Source of the DNA: Gemmatimonadota bacterium
GTDB lineage: Bacteria > Latescibacterota > UBA2968 > UBA8231
Length of the DNA: 56,412 nt
NCBI GenBank assembly: GCA_038153405.1
Contig: JAYOYH010000030.1
Location: 1-56,412 of the forward strand
Reading direction: 5' to 3'
The number at the start of each line of letters is the position of its first letter. The first letter of the stretch is position 1. The notes under the pieces are model-generated. The model was not told where the DNA came from. It ran no database searches and saw only the letters and a program-made list of their open reading frames with translations. Positions 27,463 to 37,123 of the stretch are shown here, piece after piece. A program made the position numbers and the translations under genes.

Positions 27463-27828
27463 TCATTTCTCGCGGCGATAGAGCTGGAGGTTCATCTGGT
27501 TGGGCCCCTCGAAAAAACCGAGGCGAATTCCGCTGCCTACGTCAAACGGTTCTTTGACAATCGCAACGCCTTTTTCCTTGAGCTCCTCCACGCTCTCGTC
27601 GACGCTGTCCACCTCGAACGAAATATGGTGAAAGCCCGGATCGGCGCCCATCGTCTTTTGCGGCATGAGCTCGAGTATGATCCCACCGGCGTCGAGAAAG
27701 ACGTAATCTTCATCGTCTTCGTTGGGAAAGCGCTCCATCACCGTTAGTCCCAGCGTCTGCGTATAGAACTGCACGGCTCCTTCAATGTCGTCGGTGATAA
27801 TGGCAATCTTATGAATCTTGCGGACCAT
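27463..27828 (-). CDS. VOC/glyoxalase family protein
   Basis: IAIITDDIEGAVQFYTQTLG, LELM, HHISFEVDSVD, FFEGPN; GGAGG RBS. Confidence 0.88.
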   Translation of the reverse strand: MVRKIHKIAIITDDIEGAVQFYTQTLGLTVMERFPNEDDEDYVFLDAGGIILELMPQKTMGADPGFHHISFEVDSVDESVEELKEKGVAIVKEPFDVGSGIRLGFFEGPNQMNLQLYRREK

Positions 27829-28027
27829 AGAATACCTCCCATTTTGTTACGAGATAGTGCGTTTAGCAACCGCTCAACGGCGCGCGGCATCATTCTAAGC
27901 GCCGATGACCTTTCGCACAATGGCACGAATCGTATACTATTTACTGCGGCGCCGACGCGCTCTTAGCTTGGCGATAACATAGCCAACGCGCATCGGACCA
28001 TCCAACCCTCTATCTGGCTGAATCAGC

Positions 28028-29602
28028 ATGCGCACCGAATCGCTCGAACAGGTCCTGACCTTCGACAATCGCTTTACCCGCGAATTGCCGGCCGATCCCA
28101 TCGCAGACAATTACGTGCGCCAGGTTCAAGCAGCGTGCTATTCGCGCGTGCAGCCCACGCCCGTCGCTCAGCCACGCCTAGTCGCCTACTCCAGAGAAGT
28201 CGCCGAACTGCTTGGCCTCTCTAGCGCACTCTGCGAAACACCTGAGTTCGCCGAGGTGTTTGTCGGCAACCACCTCTTGCCCGCCATGGACCCCCACGCC
28301 GCCTGCTATGGAGGCCATCAGTTTGGCAACTGGGCCGGCCAACTGGGCGATGGACGGGCGATCAACCTCGGTGAGACCGTCAACGCGCAGGGACAGCGCT
28401 GGGTGCTGCAGCTTAAAGGAGCCGGCCCCACGCCCTACTCGCGCACGGCCGACGGCCTGGCCGTGCTGCGCTCCTCGGTGCGCGAATTTCTCTGCAGCGA
28501 AGCCATGCACCACTTGGGCGTGCCGACGACGCGCGCGCTGAGCTTGGTGACGACCGGCGAGGACGTAATGCGCGACATGTTTTACGACGGTCATGCCAAG
28601 GCCGAGCCCGGCGCCGTCGTCTGCCGCGTCGCACCGTCTTTTACGCGCTTTGGCTCGTTCCAAATTTTTGCCGCGCGACGCGAACACGAAGTGCTACAGC
28701 AGCTGATCGACTATACGATTCGCACCGATTTCCCCCACTTGGGTGGCCCATCGCAAGAAACCTATCTGCGCTGGTACGAAGAAATCGTCAAGCGCACGGC
28801 CCTGCTGATGGCGCACTGGATGCGCGTGGGCTTTGTGCACGGCGTAATGAACACGGACAACATGTCTATTCTGGGACAGACCATCGACTACGGTCCGTAT
28901 GGCTGGCTGGAAAACTACGATCCCGACTGGACGCCCAACACCACCGATGCCGGCGGTCGGCGCTACCGCTTTGGCTACCAGTCACCCATCGCCCACTGGA
29001 ACCTGGCACAGCTGGGACAGGCCATTCTACCCGTGGTCGAAGACGTCGAATCGATGCAGGCCATCCTCGACACCTACCGCGCCGAATACGACCACCAATG
29101 GCACGGCATGCTGACGCAGAAACTGGGACTAGCCCACTACGATGCGGCGCTAGCGGCAGAGCTACACGCCATACTGCCGCTAGTCGAAACCGATATGACG
29201 CTCTTTTTTCGCGGGCTGGCCAAAGTCGATGCGGAAAACGCAGTGGACGGAGATGATGCCGATCTAATGGCGCCGCTGCTGGTGGCCTACTACGCACCGG
29301 AAGAGTTGACGGACGAGTACAAGCAACGGCTGTGTGCGTGGCTGCGCACCTACTGTGCACAGGGGCCACAGGGGCGCGCTGCCAAGATGAATGCGGCCAA
29401 CCCCAAATACGTGCTGCGCAACTACATGGCACAGCTGGCCATCGACCGGGCGGAAGAGGGCGATTTTTCTCAGGTAAACGAACTACTGGAAGTGCTGCGC
29501 CATCCCTACGACGAGCAGCCACAAAACGAGCAGCACGCGCAAAAGCGGCCCGAGTGGGCGCGGCATCGCGCCGGGTGCTCCATGCTGTCGTGCTCCTCGT
29601 AG
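28028..29602 (+). CDS. selO: Protein adenylyltransferase SelO/YdiU
   Basis: [56 protein letters not shown]-terminal CSMLSCSS. Confidence 0.95.
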   Translation: MRTESLEQVLTFDNRFTRELPADPIADNYVRQVQAACYSRVQPTPVAQPRLVAYSREVAELLGLSSALCETPEFAEVFVGNHLLPAMDPHAACYGGHQFGNWAGQLGDGRAINLGETVNAQGQRWVLQLKGAGPTPYSRTADGLAVLRSSVREFLCSEAMHHLGVPTTRALSLVTTGEDVMRDMFYDGHAKAEPGAVVCRVAPSFTRFGSFQIFAARREHEVLQQLIDYTIRTDFPHLGGPSQETYLRWYEEIVKRTALLMAHWMRVGFVHGVMNTDNMSILGQTIDYGPYGWLENYDPDWTPNTTDAGGRRYRFGYQSPIAHWNLAQLGQAILPVVEDVESMQAILDTYRAEYDHQWHGMLTQKLGLAHYDAALAAELHAILPLVETDMTLFFRGLAKVDAENAVDGDDADLMAPLLVAYYAPEELTDEYKQRLCAWLRTYCAQGPQGRAAKMNAANPKYVLRNYMAQLAIDRAEEGDFSQVNELLEVLRHPYDEQPQNEQHAQKRPEWARHRAGCSMLSCSS

Positions 29603-29633
29603 CCAACCGATTGCGGCCGGCAGCGACGTGTGC

Positions 29634-31409
29634 CTAGTCCGGCGGCAGCGGCAGCACGGCCATCGCGCGCCGCGCTACCTGACCGTCGGTCTCCAAGACG
29701 AGATAGTAGATGCCAGAAGCAACGAGCTTGTTGGTGGTATTGCGACCATCCCACAGCACAGAGTACCCCTGACGTGCCGCGCGCGGGCCCAAATCGCTCT
29801 GCCAAACCAGGTTGCCAGCCGACGCAAAGAGCGACAGGCGCGTGTGTTCGCTGGCCTGGGCCAAGTCGAATACAAAGCGCACCTTTACCGTTCCGTCTGC
29901 CCGTGGGCGAAAGGGGTTAGGCAGGGGCGGGCGCAGCGCAGAGGTGAGTGCCGGCGGCATGTCGGTTAGTTCGGGATCGTACACCGCACTTAGCGCATAG
30001 GGGTAGGCAAAACCCGCCTCCTCGCCCGATGTAATCACCATAACGACTTCGCTATACTGATCCCAACCCACTACGCTCGTTTGCTCTTCGCCCAGCGCCT
30101 GCACAATTACGCTGTCCGTTCCTACCAGCAGTAGGTGGCGACGCCACGACCCGCGTCCCGGGCGAAAGGCCAGTTCAACGCCGCCGCCGCGCAGTTCGGG
30201 CTTGAGGCGCACGTAGGCCGTGCCCGTCGCGTCTAATTCGTACTCATCGTTGCCCTCGACGCCCTCATCCACCTTGATGTCGCGCGTCGGCACCAGCGGA
30301 TACTTCTGCCCCTCGGCGTAGTAGCCCTCGCGAAAGCGAACGCCCGTAAAGTAATTCCACACGGCAAACTGGCTCAGCGCCACGCCCAGACCGCCCGGCT
30401 GTATATCCAGCAGCGTGCGGTTGAAATTTTCCAGCCGCGCATGACCGCGGCGGCCCATTTCCTCCCAGATGAGCCGGTTGACGTGGCGACCGTAGCGCTG
30501 TTCGAGGAAGAGCGAAAAAATCGACGTGCCGTATATGTGAAAGTCGGCCCCCACGCGACTGCCCGAATTGAGCGCGCGCTGCGGCGCCCCCAGGAAACTG
30601 GGCAAGTACTGCAAATAATCATCGACGTCTGGGTAGGCGACTTCTTCCATCCACGTCGAAGTGCTCTCTTGCCACCAAATGCTGTCGCTGCCCTGGTAGT
30701 ATCCAAATTGGATCGCGTGGTGAAATTCGTGCGCAATCGTCACGCGCAGGGCATCGAGTCCCTTCGTCTGCTGGTATATTGGATTGGTGTAGTCGTTGTC
30801 AATTTCCAGATAGCTCGGCGAAGTCTTACCGGCGCCCTCGGGATACGTGAAACCGTAAGCGCCGCCGCGCCCCAAATCGACGATGTAGACATCGTACTCG
30901 TCGCCGTCGACACCGCCGTCGCTGGGTGGCGGATTGTAGCCAAACTCTTCGACCTGCAAGACCCATACACTGTCGAGCACGACCATCGCCAAATCGACGT
31001 AGTCTGGAACGCCATTGCCGTCGTCATCGGTAAGATCAACGGCCTCGGCGCCCTCAATGTCGTAGTGCACGCGAAAGCGACCGCTGGGCGAGATCGCGTC
31101 CCGATCAGCGCTGGGGCGCCGCTGTACTAACTTGCCCAATCGCTGCCTATATGCTTCGCCTAAATGGGGCATAGCAGAGACGGCCTGCACCACGTGCGGC
31201 GTACCGCACACCGCGCGCTGAGGCCGCTGCTGGTACTCGAGTGGCAGGCTTTGCACATCGCGCATGCCCTGCACTTGGTAGAGCAGAGCCGTGCCCAAAT
31301 CGAGCTTTTTCGCTTCGTAGGCTTGCTCTACGAGCGTCTTAGCCCCGACCTGTGCCGCACCGCATAGCAGAGCCAGTGCAAACCCAATGCGTATTATCAC
31401 GGAGTCCAT
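29634..31409 (-). CDS. Secreted zinc metalloprotease (MXAN_6640-like) with a C-terminal FlgD-Ig/T9SS-like domain
   Basis: Signal peptide, CGT motif, FRVHYD...DDDGNGVPDYVD, HEFHH and WWQESTSTWMEE; tail PNPF...WDGRN...ASGIYYLVL; start reassigned to ATG 31409. Confidence 0.78.
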   Translation of the reverse strand: MDSVIIRIGFALALLCGAAQVGAKTLVEQAYEAKKLDLGTALLYQVQGMRDVQSLPLEYQQRPQRAVCGTPHVVQAVSAMPHLGEAYRQRLGKLVQRRPSADRDAISPSGRFRVHYDIEGAEAVDLTDDDGNGVPDYVDLAMVVLDSVWVLQVEEFGYNPPPSDGGVDGDEYDVYIVDLGRGGAYGFTYPEGAGKTSPSYLEIDNDYTNPIYQQTKGLDALRVTIAHEFHHAIQFGYYQGSDSIWWQESTSTWMEEVAYPDVDDYLQYLPSFLGAPQRALNSGSRVGADFHIYGTSIFSLFLEQRYGRHVNRLIWEEMGRRGHARLENFNRTLLDIQPGGLGVALSQFAVWNYFTGVRFREGYYAEGQKYPLVPTRDIKVDEGVEGNDEYELDATGTAYVRLKPELRGGGVELAFRPGRGSWRRHLLLVGTDSVIVQALGEEQTSVVGWDQYSEVVMVITSGEEAGFAYPYALSAVYDPELTDMPPALTSALRPPLPNPFRPRADGTVKVRFVFDLAQASEHTRLSLFASAGNLVWQSDLGPRAARQGYSVLWDGRNTTNKLVASGIYYLVLETDGQVARRAMAVLPLPPD

Positions 31410-31575
31410 CCTCACACAAAGTGTACAATCGACAAAGTACGCGCTAACGGCGTTCTTTGCCAAAGTGCAGCGCACATCAACGCATGGGCGCACGCGGTTC
31501 GTTTTGCTTATCCTTATCAGCGAACGCACCAACCTAAAATCGCATCGATTTCGACCATATACAGGAGCCGTATCT

Positions 31576-32544
31576 ATGGAACTCACGCACCGCCCGCGCC
31601 GCCTGCGCCGCACGGAAAGCGTGCGCCGCCTCGTCCGCGAAACGGCGCTGCGCGCCGACGATTTCATCTTTCCCCTCTTTGTTACCGAAGGGAAAAAACA
31701 GCGCCAACCCATTGAGTCGATGCCCGGCCAGTTTCGCTTCTCCGTCGACGAACTCGTGCGCGAGTGCAGTGCGGTCTATGCGCTGGGCATACCGGCCGTC
31801 AACCTATTCGGCTATTCTGCAGAAAAAGACGATATGGCCACGAAGTCGCACGATCCCAACGGCCTGATCCAGCGCGCCGTTGCCGCGATCAAAGCGGAAG
31901 TGCCCGCGCTCTGCGTGCAGACGGACATCGCGCTCGACCCCTACACGCACCACGGCCACGACGGCCTCGTTGTCAACGGCGAGATCGTCAACGACGAAAC
32001 CATTGCCGTGCTGTGCAAAATGGCCCTATCGCACGCCGAGGCCGGCGTCGATTGGGTTGCCCCATCCGACATGATGGACGGGCGCGTTGGTGCCATTCGC
32101 GTAGCGCTGGATGACGCCGGGTTTAGCCACGTCGGCATCCTCGCCTATTCGGCCAAGTACGCCTCGTGCTTTTATGGCCCCTTTCGCGGCGCGCTCGACT
32201 CGGCGCCCAAAAAGGGCGACAAGAAGACCTACCAGATGGATCCGGCCAACGCGCGCGAGGCGCTGCGCGAAATCGCGCTCGACATCGAAGAGGGCGCCGA
32301 CGTCGTCATGGTCAAACCAGCACTGGCCTACCTCGACGTCATCGCTGCCGCGCGCCAAGCATTCGACGTGCCGATTGCCGCATACAACGTATCGGGAGAA
32401 TACGGCATGGTGGTAGCTGCCGCTGAGCGCGGTTGGGCCGACCGCGAAAAAGCCGTCATCGAAACGCTGACCTCTATCAAACGCGCGGGCGCGGATATGA
32501 TTCTCACCTACTTTGCCAAAGAGGCGGTGGGCTATTTGCGCTAG
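31576..32544 (+). CDS. hemB: Porphobilinogen synthase (delta-aminolevulinic acid dehydratase)
   Basis: RPRRLR, APSDMMDGRV, YSAKYAS.FYGPFR, YQMDPAN, VMVKPALAYLD, AYNVSGEY; AGGAG RBS. Confidence 0.96.
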   Translation: MELTHRPRRLRRTESVRRLVRETALRADDFIFPLFVTEGKKQRQPIESMPGQFRFSVDELVRECSAVYALGIPAVNLFGYSAEKDDMATKSHDPNGLIQRAVAAIKAEVPALCVQTDIALDPYTHHGHDGLVVNGEIVNDETIAVLCKMALSHAEAGVDWVAPSDMMDGRVGAIRVALDDAGFSHVGILAYSAKYASCFYGPFRGALDSAPKKGDKKTYQMDPANAREALREIALDIEEGADVVMVKPALAYLDVIAAARQAFDVPIAAYNVSGEYGMVVAAAERGWADREKAVIETLTSIKRAGADMILTYFAKEAVGYLR

Positions 32545-32590
32545 CGCGCCAAATGCAAAGCGGCCAACCGCTCCTCGTTCGCGCTACGCC

Positions 32591-33625
32591 CTACCGTCCC
32601 AAATACAAGTCGCGCCCCCGCGCCAGCGCCGCAATCTTGCGATCGGCGACGGTGCGCTTGAGCATCCAAAAGCCACAGTCGGGATGGATATAGCGCACGC
32701 GACCGGGTCCAGCCGCCTTTTCGGCCGCTTCAATGGATCGCGCAATATGCTCGGCGCTCTCAACGTGGTTGACCTTGATATCTACCACGCCGATCCCAAG
32801 CGCGATGCGCGGATCGATCTCTTTGAGCGCCTGTAGGTCGTCTTCTGGACGATGGGCTAGTTCCAACACCAGATGGTCGCAGTGCAGCTCGTTGAGAAAG
32901 GCGTGCAGCGCCTTCCACGTGCCCGACTGGATCGTCTGGCCGCCGTAGTTGCCAAAGCAAAAGTGCACACCGCGTGCCGTGCCCTCGTCGACCTGGTCGA
33001 GCACGGCGTTAATCGCCCGCGCGGCCAGCGGACCGTGGTCTGGATTGCCCGGAATATTGGCCTCGTCTATTTGCACGCAGGCGCAGGGCAACCCCCTAAC
33101 CTGCGCGCCGAGCACGCCGGCCACGGCCATCAGCATCTCCTCGAAATCGCCGTAGTGGTGATCGAGCAGCGTGCGCGCCAGCATGTAGGGACTGGTCAGC
33201 GTAAACTTAAAGGGACCACCGGCCACGGCTGCTGCGCGGGCGCAGTCGGATAGCAGATCGAGCGCCCCCTCGGACAGCGCATCGTCGATAACGGCGGCTG
33301 GCTTGGCGCGAAAGCCCATGGTTTGCATGGCGGCAAATTCCTCGACTTCGCTGCGGCCGAATGCCGAGCGCGTGCCGCCCATTGGGCGCACGAAATACTC
33401 GATCATCCCATTGGTATCTGGGTGGTTTACATCAAAGCGATACAGCTCACCGTCCGTAGGCAGGTCGATGCCGGCCTGGCGCTGCGTGTCAAATACGACG
33501 CGGGTAGCGTCGATCACGGCCTGCTCGCTGGGCAGTGCTGCCAGCCACTCGGGCACGGGATACGAACCGACCGTCGTCGTTAGAATGGAAGGCTCTGCGG
33601 GTATTTCTCGAACGTATTCCGACAT
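32591..33625 (-). CDS. Cobalamin-independent methionine synthase II family ('core' MetE-like, C-terminal barrel only), copy 1
   Basis: TTTVGSYP, QRQAGIDLPTDGE, QIDE, Zn ligands HFC / E / HPDCG; about 344 aa with no N-terminal folate-binding barrel. Confidence 0.85.
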   Translation of the reverse strand: MSEYVREIPAEPSILTTTVGSYPVPEWLAALPSEQAVIDATRVVFDTQRQAGIDLPTDGELYRFDVNHPDTNGMIEYFVRPMGGTRSAFGRSEVEEFAAMQTMGFRAKPAAVIDDALSEGALDLLSDCARAAAVAGGPFKFTLTSPYMLARTLLDHHYGDFEEMLMAVAGVLGAQVRGLPCACVQIDEANIPGNPDHGPLAARAINAVLDQVDEGTARGVHFCFGNYGGQTIQSGTWKALHAFLNELHCDHLVLELAHRPEDDLQALKEIDPRIALGIGVVDIKVNHVESAEHIARSIEAAEKAAGPGRVRYIHPDCGFWMLKRTVADRKIAALARGRDLYLGR

Positions 33626-33721
33626 AGATAACTCGCTGGTCAATGTGAAAGTGAATTGCCTCGCGCACGCAAATAACTAAATAGCCTCGCATATCAGCGC
33701 AATGGCGCGCCGCTGCGCTGC

Positions 33722-34735
33722 TCAATTCTCCAATTCGAAAACGGCGTACACTCCGCGGTGGTCGCTGTCGGATGCCTTGACCACTTTGGCATATCGACAG
33801 TCAAAGCCGCGTTGGAGAATGGCGTCAATGCGCGCGATGGGGAAGCTTGCGTGATAGGTAAAGCCAAAGCCCCAGCCACCTTCTATCCACGCGTCGTCGA
33901 GAACGGCGCGCAGCGGAGCAACCGAGCGGTAGATTGGTGCAGAATTGAAGTCCCCGGCGACAATGACTTGCCGCGGCGAAGTCGCTACGACGTCGGCGAG
34001 CGCCTCGGCCTGCCGGCGACGCAGCGCCGAGCTGCCCATGATCATGCGCTGCCCCTCGACGAGCGGCAACGACTCCAAATGCACCGAATAGACATCAACT
34101 TTCTTTTTGCGAAATTCGATTTGCACACCGGGCATATAGCGGGCAGTGCGCCCCCACGACTGCACGGCCAAAGCCTTCAGCGGTTCTATTGGGAAACGGC
34201 TCATAAAGAAAGCGCCCATACCGGCATCGCGGCGCAGCATTTGGTAGGTGTGGTGATAGCCGAGCTCCTCGGCCAGCACTTCCCAGCCTTTGCGGTGTCC
34301 GGCATAGGCCTCTTGCAACAGCACTAGGTCGTAGTTGCCAACGGCCAGCAGACCGATAAACTTTTCGGGCGACTCCATACCAATATTTTGGCTGTAGACG
34401 CGCAGATAGCGGCTGCGGCCAGCCGGGTCGTCGCTCAGCGGTGCGCTCCCCAGCATACCCAATAGTTCCCAACAGAGGAAAAGAGCGGGTAGACCATGTA
34501 CTGCAACAACGAGGTATTGGCGGCGATAAACGGCCCAGACTACGCAGGCTACAGCCCCCAACAGCGCAATAACGCGCAGCAGCGGCTGCGCGACAAAAAC
34601 CTCTAACTCGATGAGCGCGTCGCCCAGCGCGTAGGGCGCAGCAGTTAACAACAGCAGGCAAAAACCCGTGATCCACAGGGCGTGCGATGGCTCGGCGACG
34701 GGTTGGCGACGCTTGCTTATAGATCGATTCGGCAT
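33722..34735 (-). CDS. Endonuclease/exonuclease/phosphatase (EEP) family membrane-anchored protein
   Basis: Three N-terminal TMs; SQN, LLQEA, VHLES, AGDFN, RIDAI, SDH. Confidence 0.88.
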   Translation of the reverse strand: MPNRSISKRRQPVAEPSHALWITGFCLLLLTAAPYALGDALIELEVFVAQPLLRVIALLGAVACVVWAVYRRQYLVVAVHGLPALFLCWELLGMLGSAPLSDDPAGRSRYLRVYSQNIGMESPEKFIGLLAVGNYDLVLLQEAYAGHRKGWEVLAEELGYHHTYQMLRRDAGMGAFFMSRFPIEPLKALAVQSWGRTARYMPGVQIEFRKKKVDVYSVHLESLPLVEGQRMIMGSSALRRRQAEALADVVATSPRQVIVAGDFNSAPIYRSVAPLRAVLDDAWIEGGWGFGFTYHASFPIARIDAILQRGFDCRYAKVVKASDSDHRGVYAVFELEN

Positions 34736-34785
34736 GCTGCAAATATAAGCGAATTACCGCGCACTGGGCCCCGTATCTGCACGCG

Positions 34786-37056
34786 TCAGTAGGCCACGCC
34801 AACGGTCTGATGCACGCGCTGAACGCGCGCGTCGCCCTCGGCTAGCAGGCGCGCGACGTATATGCCGGGCGGCACCTGCGCCCCATTCTCATCCCCTCCA
34901 TCCCAAACCAGCGCCTGCGGTCCGGCCATACCGGCCCCTCGAACGGTGCGCACCCTGCGCCCACCGGCGTCGTAGATCTCCAGATACAGCGGACGACTCT
35001 CCAGCACATTGACCAAGTCTATGTTCACCTCCAGCGCGTCATTAATGCCGTCGCCGTTGGGCGTAATCACGCGCGCGCTGAAATGCGCATTGGCAAAGAG
35101 TGCCCCATCGAGCGGCAGGCGCACCGCATTGGCGCTGCTCTCTACTCGGTCTGTCGCATCGCCCGCCTCGACGCGCTGGCGCACCTCCGCGCCGAGCGCG
35201 CTGTCTTGCAGAAATGCATCAAAGCGCGTTGCCTGCAAAAATACGGCAGCGGTAAAGCGCAGTTCAACGAGCTCGTCCTGGCGCACGCGGCGCGGAAATC
35301 GCGCGCGGAAACCCCTATCTATTACGGATAGCTGTACATCGATTTTTTCGCCTTCGATATAGGCTTCCATAAATCGCAGCGGCGCCGTAGACTCCAATGC
35401 CAAGCTGTCGAAGCCGCGCGCACTCAGCGGCGCGCGCACGAAGTAGGAAAACTCGCTCTCGACGCCGGGCTCCACCTGCACCGGGTAGATTTCTCCCAAT
35501 ACCTCGGCGGCCAGCGGAGTGGAAAATTCGAGGCTCACCCAGTCTAGCGCAGCGGCGGTGCGCCCCTCGTCAGCCGCTACCAGTCGCGCCTCAATCTCTG
35601 CATAGCGCTTAGGCGATGGCGACAGGAAACCCTGCCCCGAGCGCGCATAGGAACTGCTCCACGCACTCCAGTCGCTGCCCACGACAAACGACGTATCTAC
35701 GCGGCCGCGAAAAGAGGGAATGAGGCGGTTCCACTGCTTCTCGGTAATTTCCTTGTCATCTCGATCGTAAAACGCCGTGCGGCTTTCCAGCGAATTGCCC
35801 GAACGCGTGCGCAGTTCGACGCGCGCAGCATCGGTGCTCGTCGCTGCCCAGCGCAGCGTGTGCACGTTTTTGTCGCCCTGCAGATCGAGGATGGGAGAGC
35901 GCAGCCGTACTTCCTGCGGATAGCCCGCGCCAAAGACCTGCACTTCCTGCGTGCGACCCGAGGCAAAGCAGCCGGTATTTTGCGCCGAACCGTTCTGGCA
36001 ATTGCTGTCCCAAAACTTCCAGCGCACCTGCACAAAGCGCGCCGGTAGCGGCGTAAATGCGTGGTCGACTAGGCCCTGTCCAGAAGGCAGATTTGTCTGC
36101 ACGCCGGAGAAGTGCTTGTGCCAGACGAGCGACCCGTTCGGTGCCAGCGACCCGTCCGACGTTTCGAGTTCGTAAAAGCGAAAGTCAAAACCACCGCCAA
36201 CGCTGCTGATCAGGCGCAGCAGGTCAATGCGGTATGCGGCACCCAGGTCGATTTTTATATGGGCATAGGTATCTTCGGCATTGACCTCTCGGCCCGTGGG
36301 ATACCACGAGGTGGTGACCAGCCCATCGACGGCAGCCAGCAGACGCCCCTTGCTAATGGCCAGCGGATCGTCCACTTCTACCGCGATATCCACTTCGCCA
36401 CCGCGCTCGATGGCGCCCAGCACCAAATTATCGCCAAAGCTCTGCACTACGACCTCGGTCAGACGCGCGCCCAGCGGACTCTGCAAGACCTGCACGCGCA
36501 CGTTCTTAACCAGCGATTGAGCGGGATTGTCCAACACATAGCGCACGCGATGCCGATTGTTTTCGACAAAGCGCTGGCTAATGGGATAGACCAGCGTGCC
36601 TTCAATAAATGAGCGCGTCTCGTCCCGCATCATCGCGCCGTTGGAAATCAGGAGTTCAAAGAGCTCAAACGGAAGCTGCGACGCGTCGAATACGAGCTCG
36701 ATCCACTCGGCCGATACGGCCCGCCCCAGATCAATCTCAATCCAACCACCGTCGGGCAAATCGCTTGGGTCCGGGCGCCAGCCCGTAGCCTCGTCACCGT
36801 CGATAACAGCATAAGCTAGCGCGGGGTTGGATCCAACGCCGCGAATGCCACCGCCAAATGCGCGCGCATTGCGCACGGCGTTGGCATGGCGAAGCACCGC
36901 GACGGGGCGCACGATGCCCGCAGGCGTCACTTCTACCGCATTCCCGGGCAGGTGCCACTGCCGCCAGTCGGCTGCCGAATCAAAGCGCAGCTCCTCGGCG
37001 GAGAGCGACCTCACGCCGAGCAGCGCGGCCAATAGGTAGAGCATGAGCCATTGCAT
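34786..37056 (-). CDS. Secreted protein with discoidin/galactose-binding-like modules and a C-terminal FlgD-Ig/T9SS-like domain
   Basis: Signal peptide MQWLMLYLLAALLG; (V/A)xDG...T.W...IDLG seen twice; tail ITPNGDGIND...IYDAGGRRVR...WDG.DENG..VPPGIY. Confidence 0.72.
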   Translation of the reverse strand: MQWLMLYLLAALLGVRSLSAEELRFDSAADWRQWHLPGNAVEVTPAGIVRPVAVLRHANAVRNARAFGGGIRGVGSNPALAYAVIDGDEATGWRPDPSDLPDGGWIEIDLGRAVSAEWIELVFDASQLPFELFELLISNGAMMRDETRSFIEGTLVYPISQRFVENNRHRVRYVLDNPAQSLVKNVRVQVLQSPLGARLTEVVVQSFGDNLVLGAIERGGEVDIAVEVDDPLAISKGRLLAAVDGLVTTSWYPTGREVNAEDTYAHIKIDLGAAYRIDLLRLISSVGGGFDFRFYELETSDGSLAPNGSLVWHKHFSGVQTNLPSGQGLVDHAFTPLPARFVQVRWKFWDSNCQNGSAQNTGCFASGRTQEVQVFGAGYPQEVRLRSPILDLQGDKNVHTLRWAATSTDAARVELRTRSGNSLESRTAFYDRDDKEITEKQWNRLIPSFRGRVDTSFVVGSDWSAWSSSYARSGQGFLSPSPKRYAEIEARLVAADEGRTAAALDWVSLEFSTPLAAEVLGEIYPVQVEPGVESEFSYFVRAPLSARGFDSLALESTAPLRFMEAYIEGEKIDVQLSVIDRGFRARFPRRVRQDELVELRFTAAVFLQATRFDAFLQDSALGAEVRQRVEAGDATDRVESSANAVRLPLDGALFANAHFSARVITPNGDGINDALEVNIDLVNVLESRPLYLEIYDAGGRRVRTVRGAGMAGPQALVWDGGDENGAQVPPGIYVARLLAEGDARVQRVHQTVGVAY

Positions 37057-37063
37057 GGCGCTC

Positions 37064-37092
37064 AATATAGACGGGGGGGTGATGCTACTCAA
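37064..37092 (-). promoter_or_regulatory. Putative leaderless sigma70 promoter
   Basis: Minus strand TTGAGT-17 nt-TATATT-7 nt-ATG (37056); no SD sequence. Confidence 0.55.
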
Positions 37093-37123
37093 GGAAATAT
37101 ATACCGCAAAAAAAACAGCCGCT

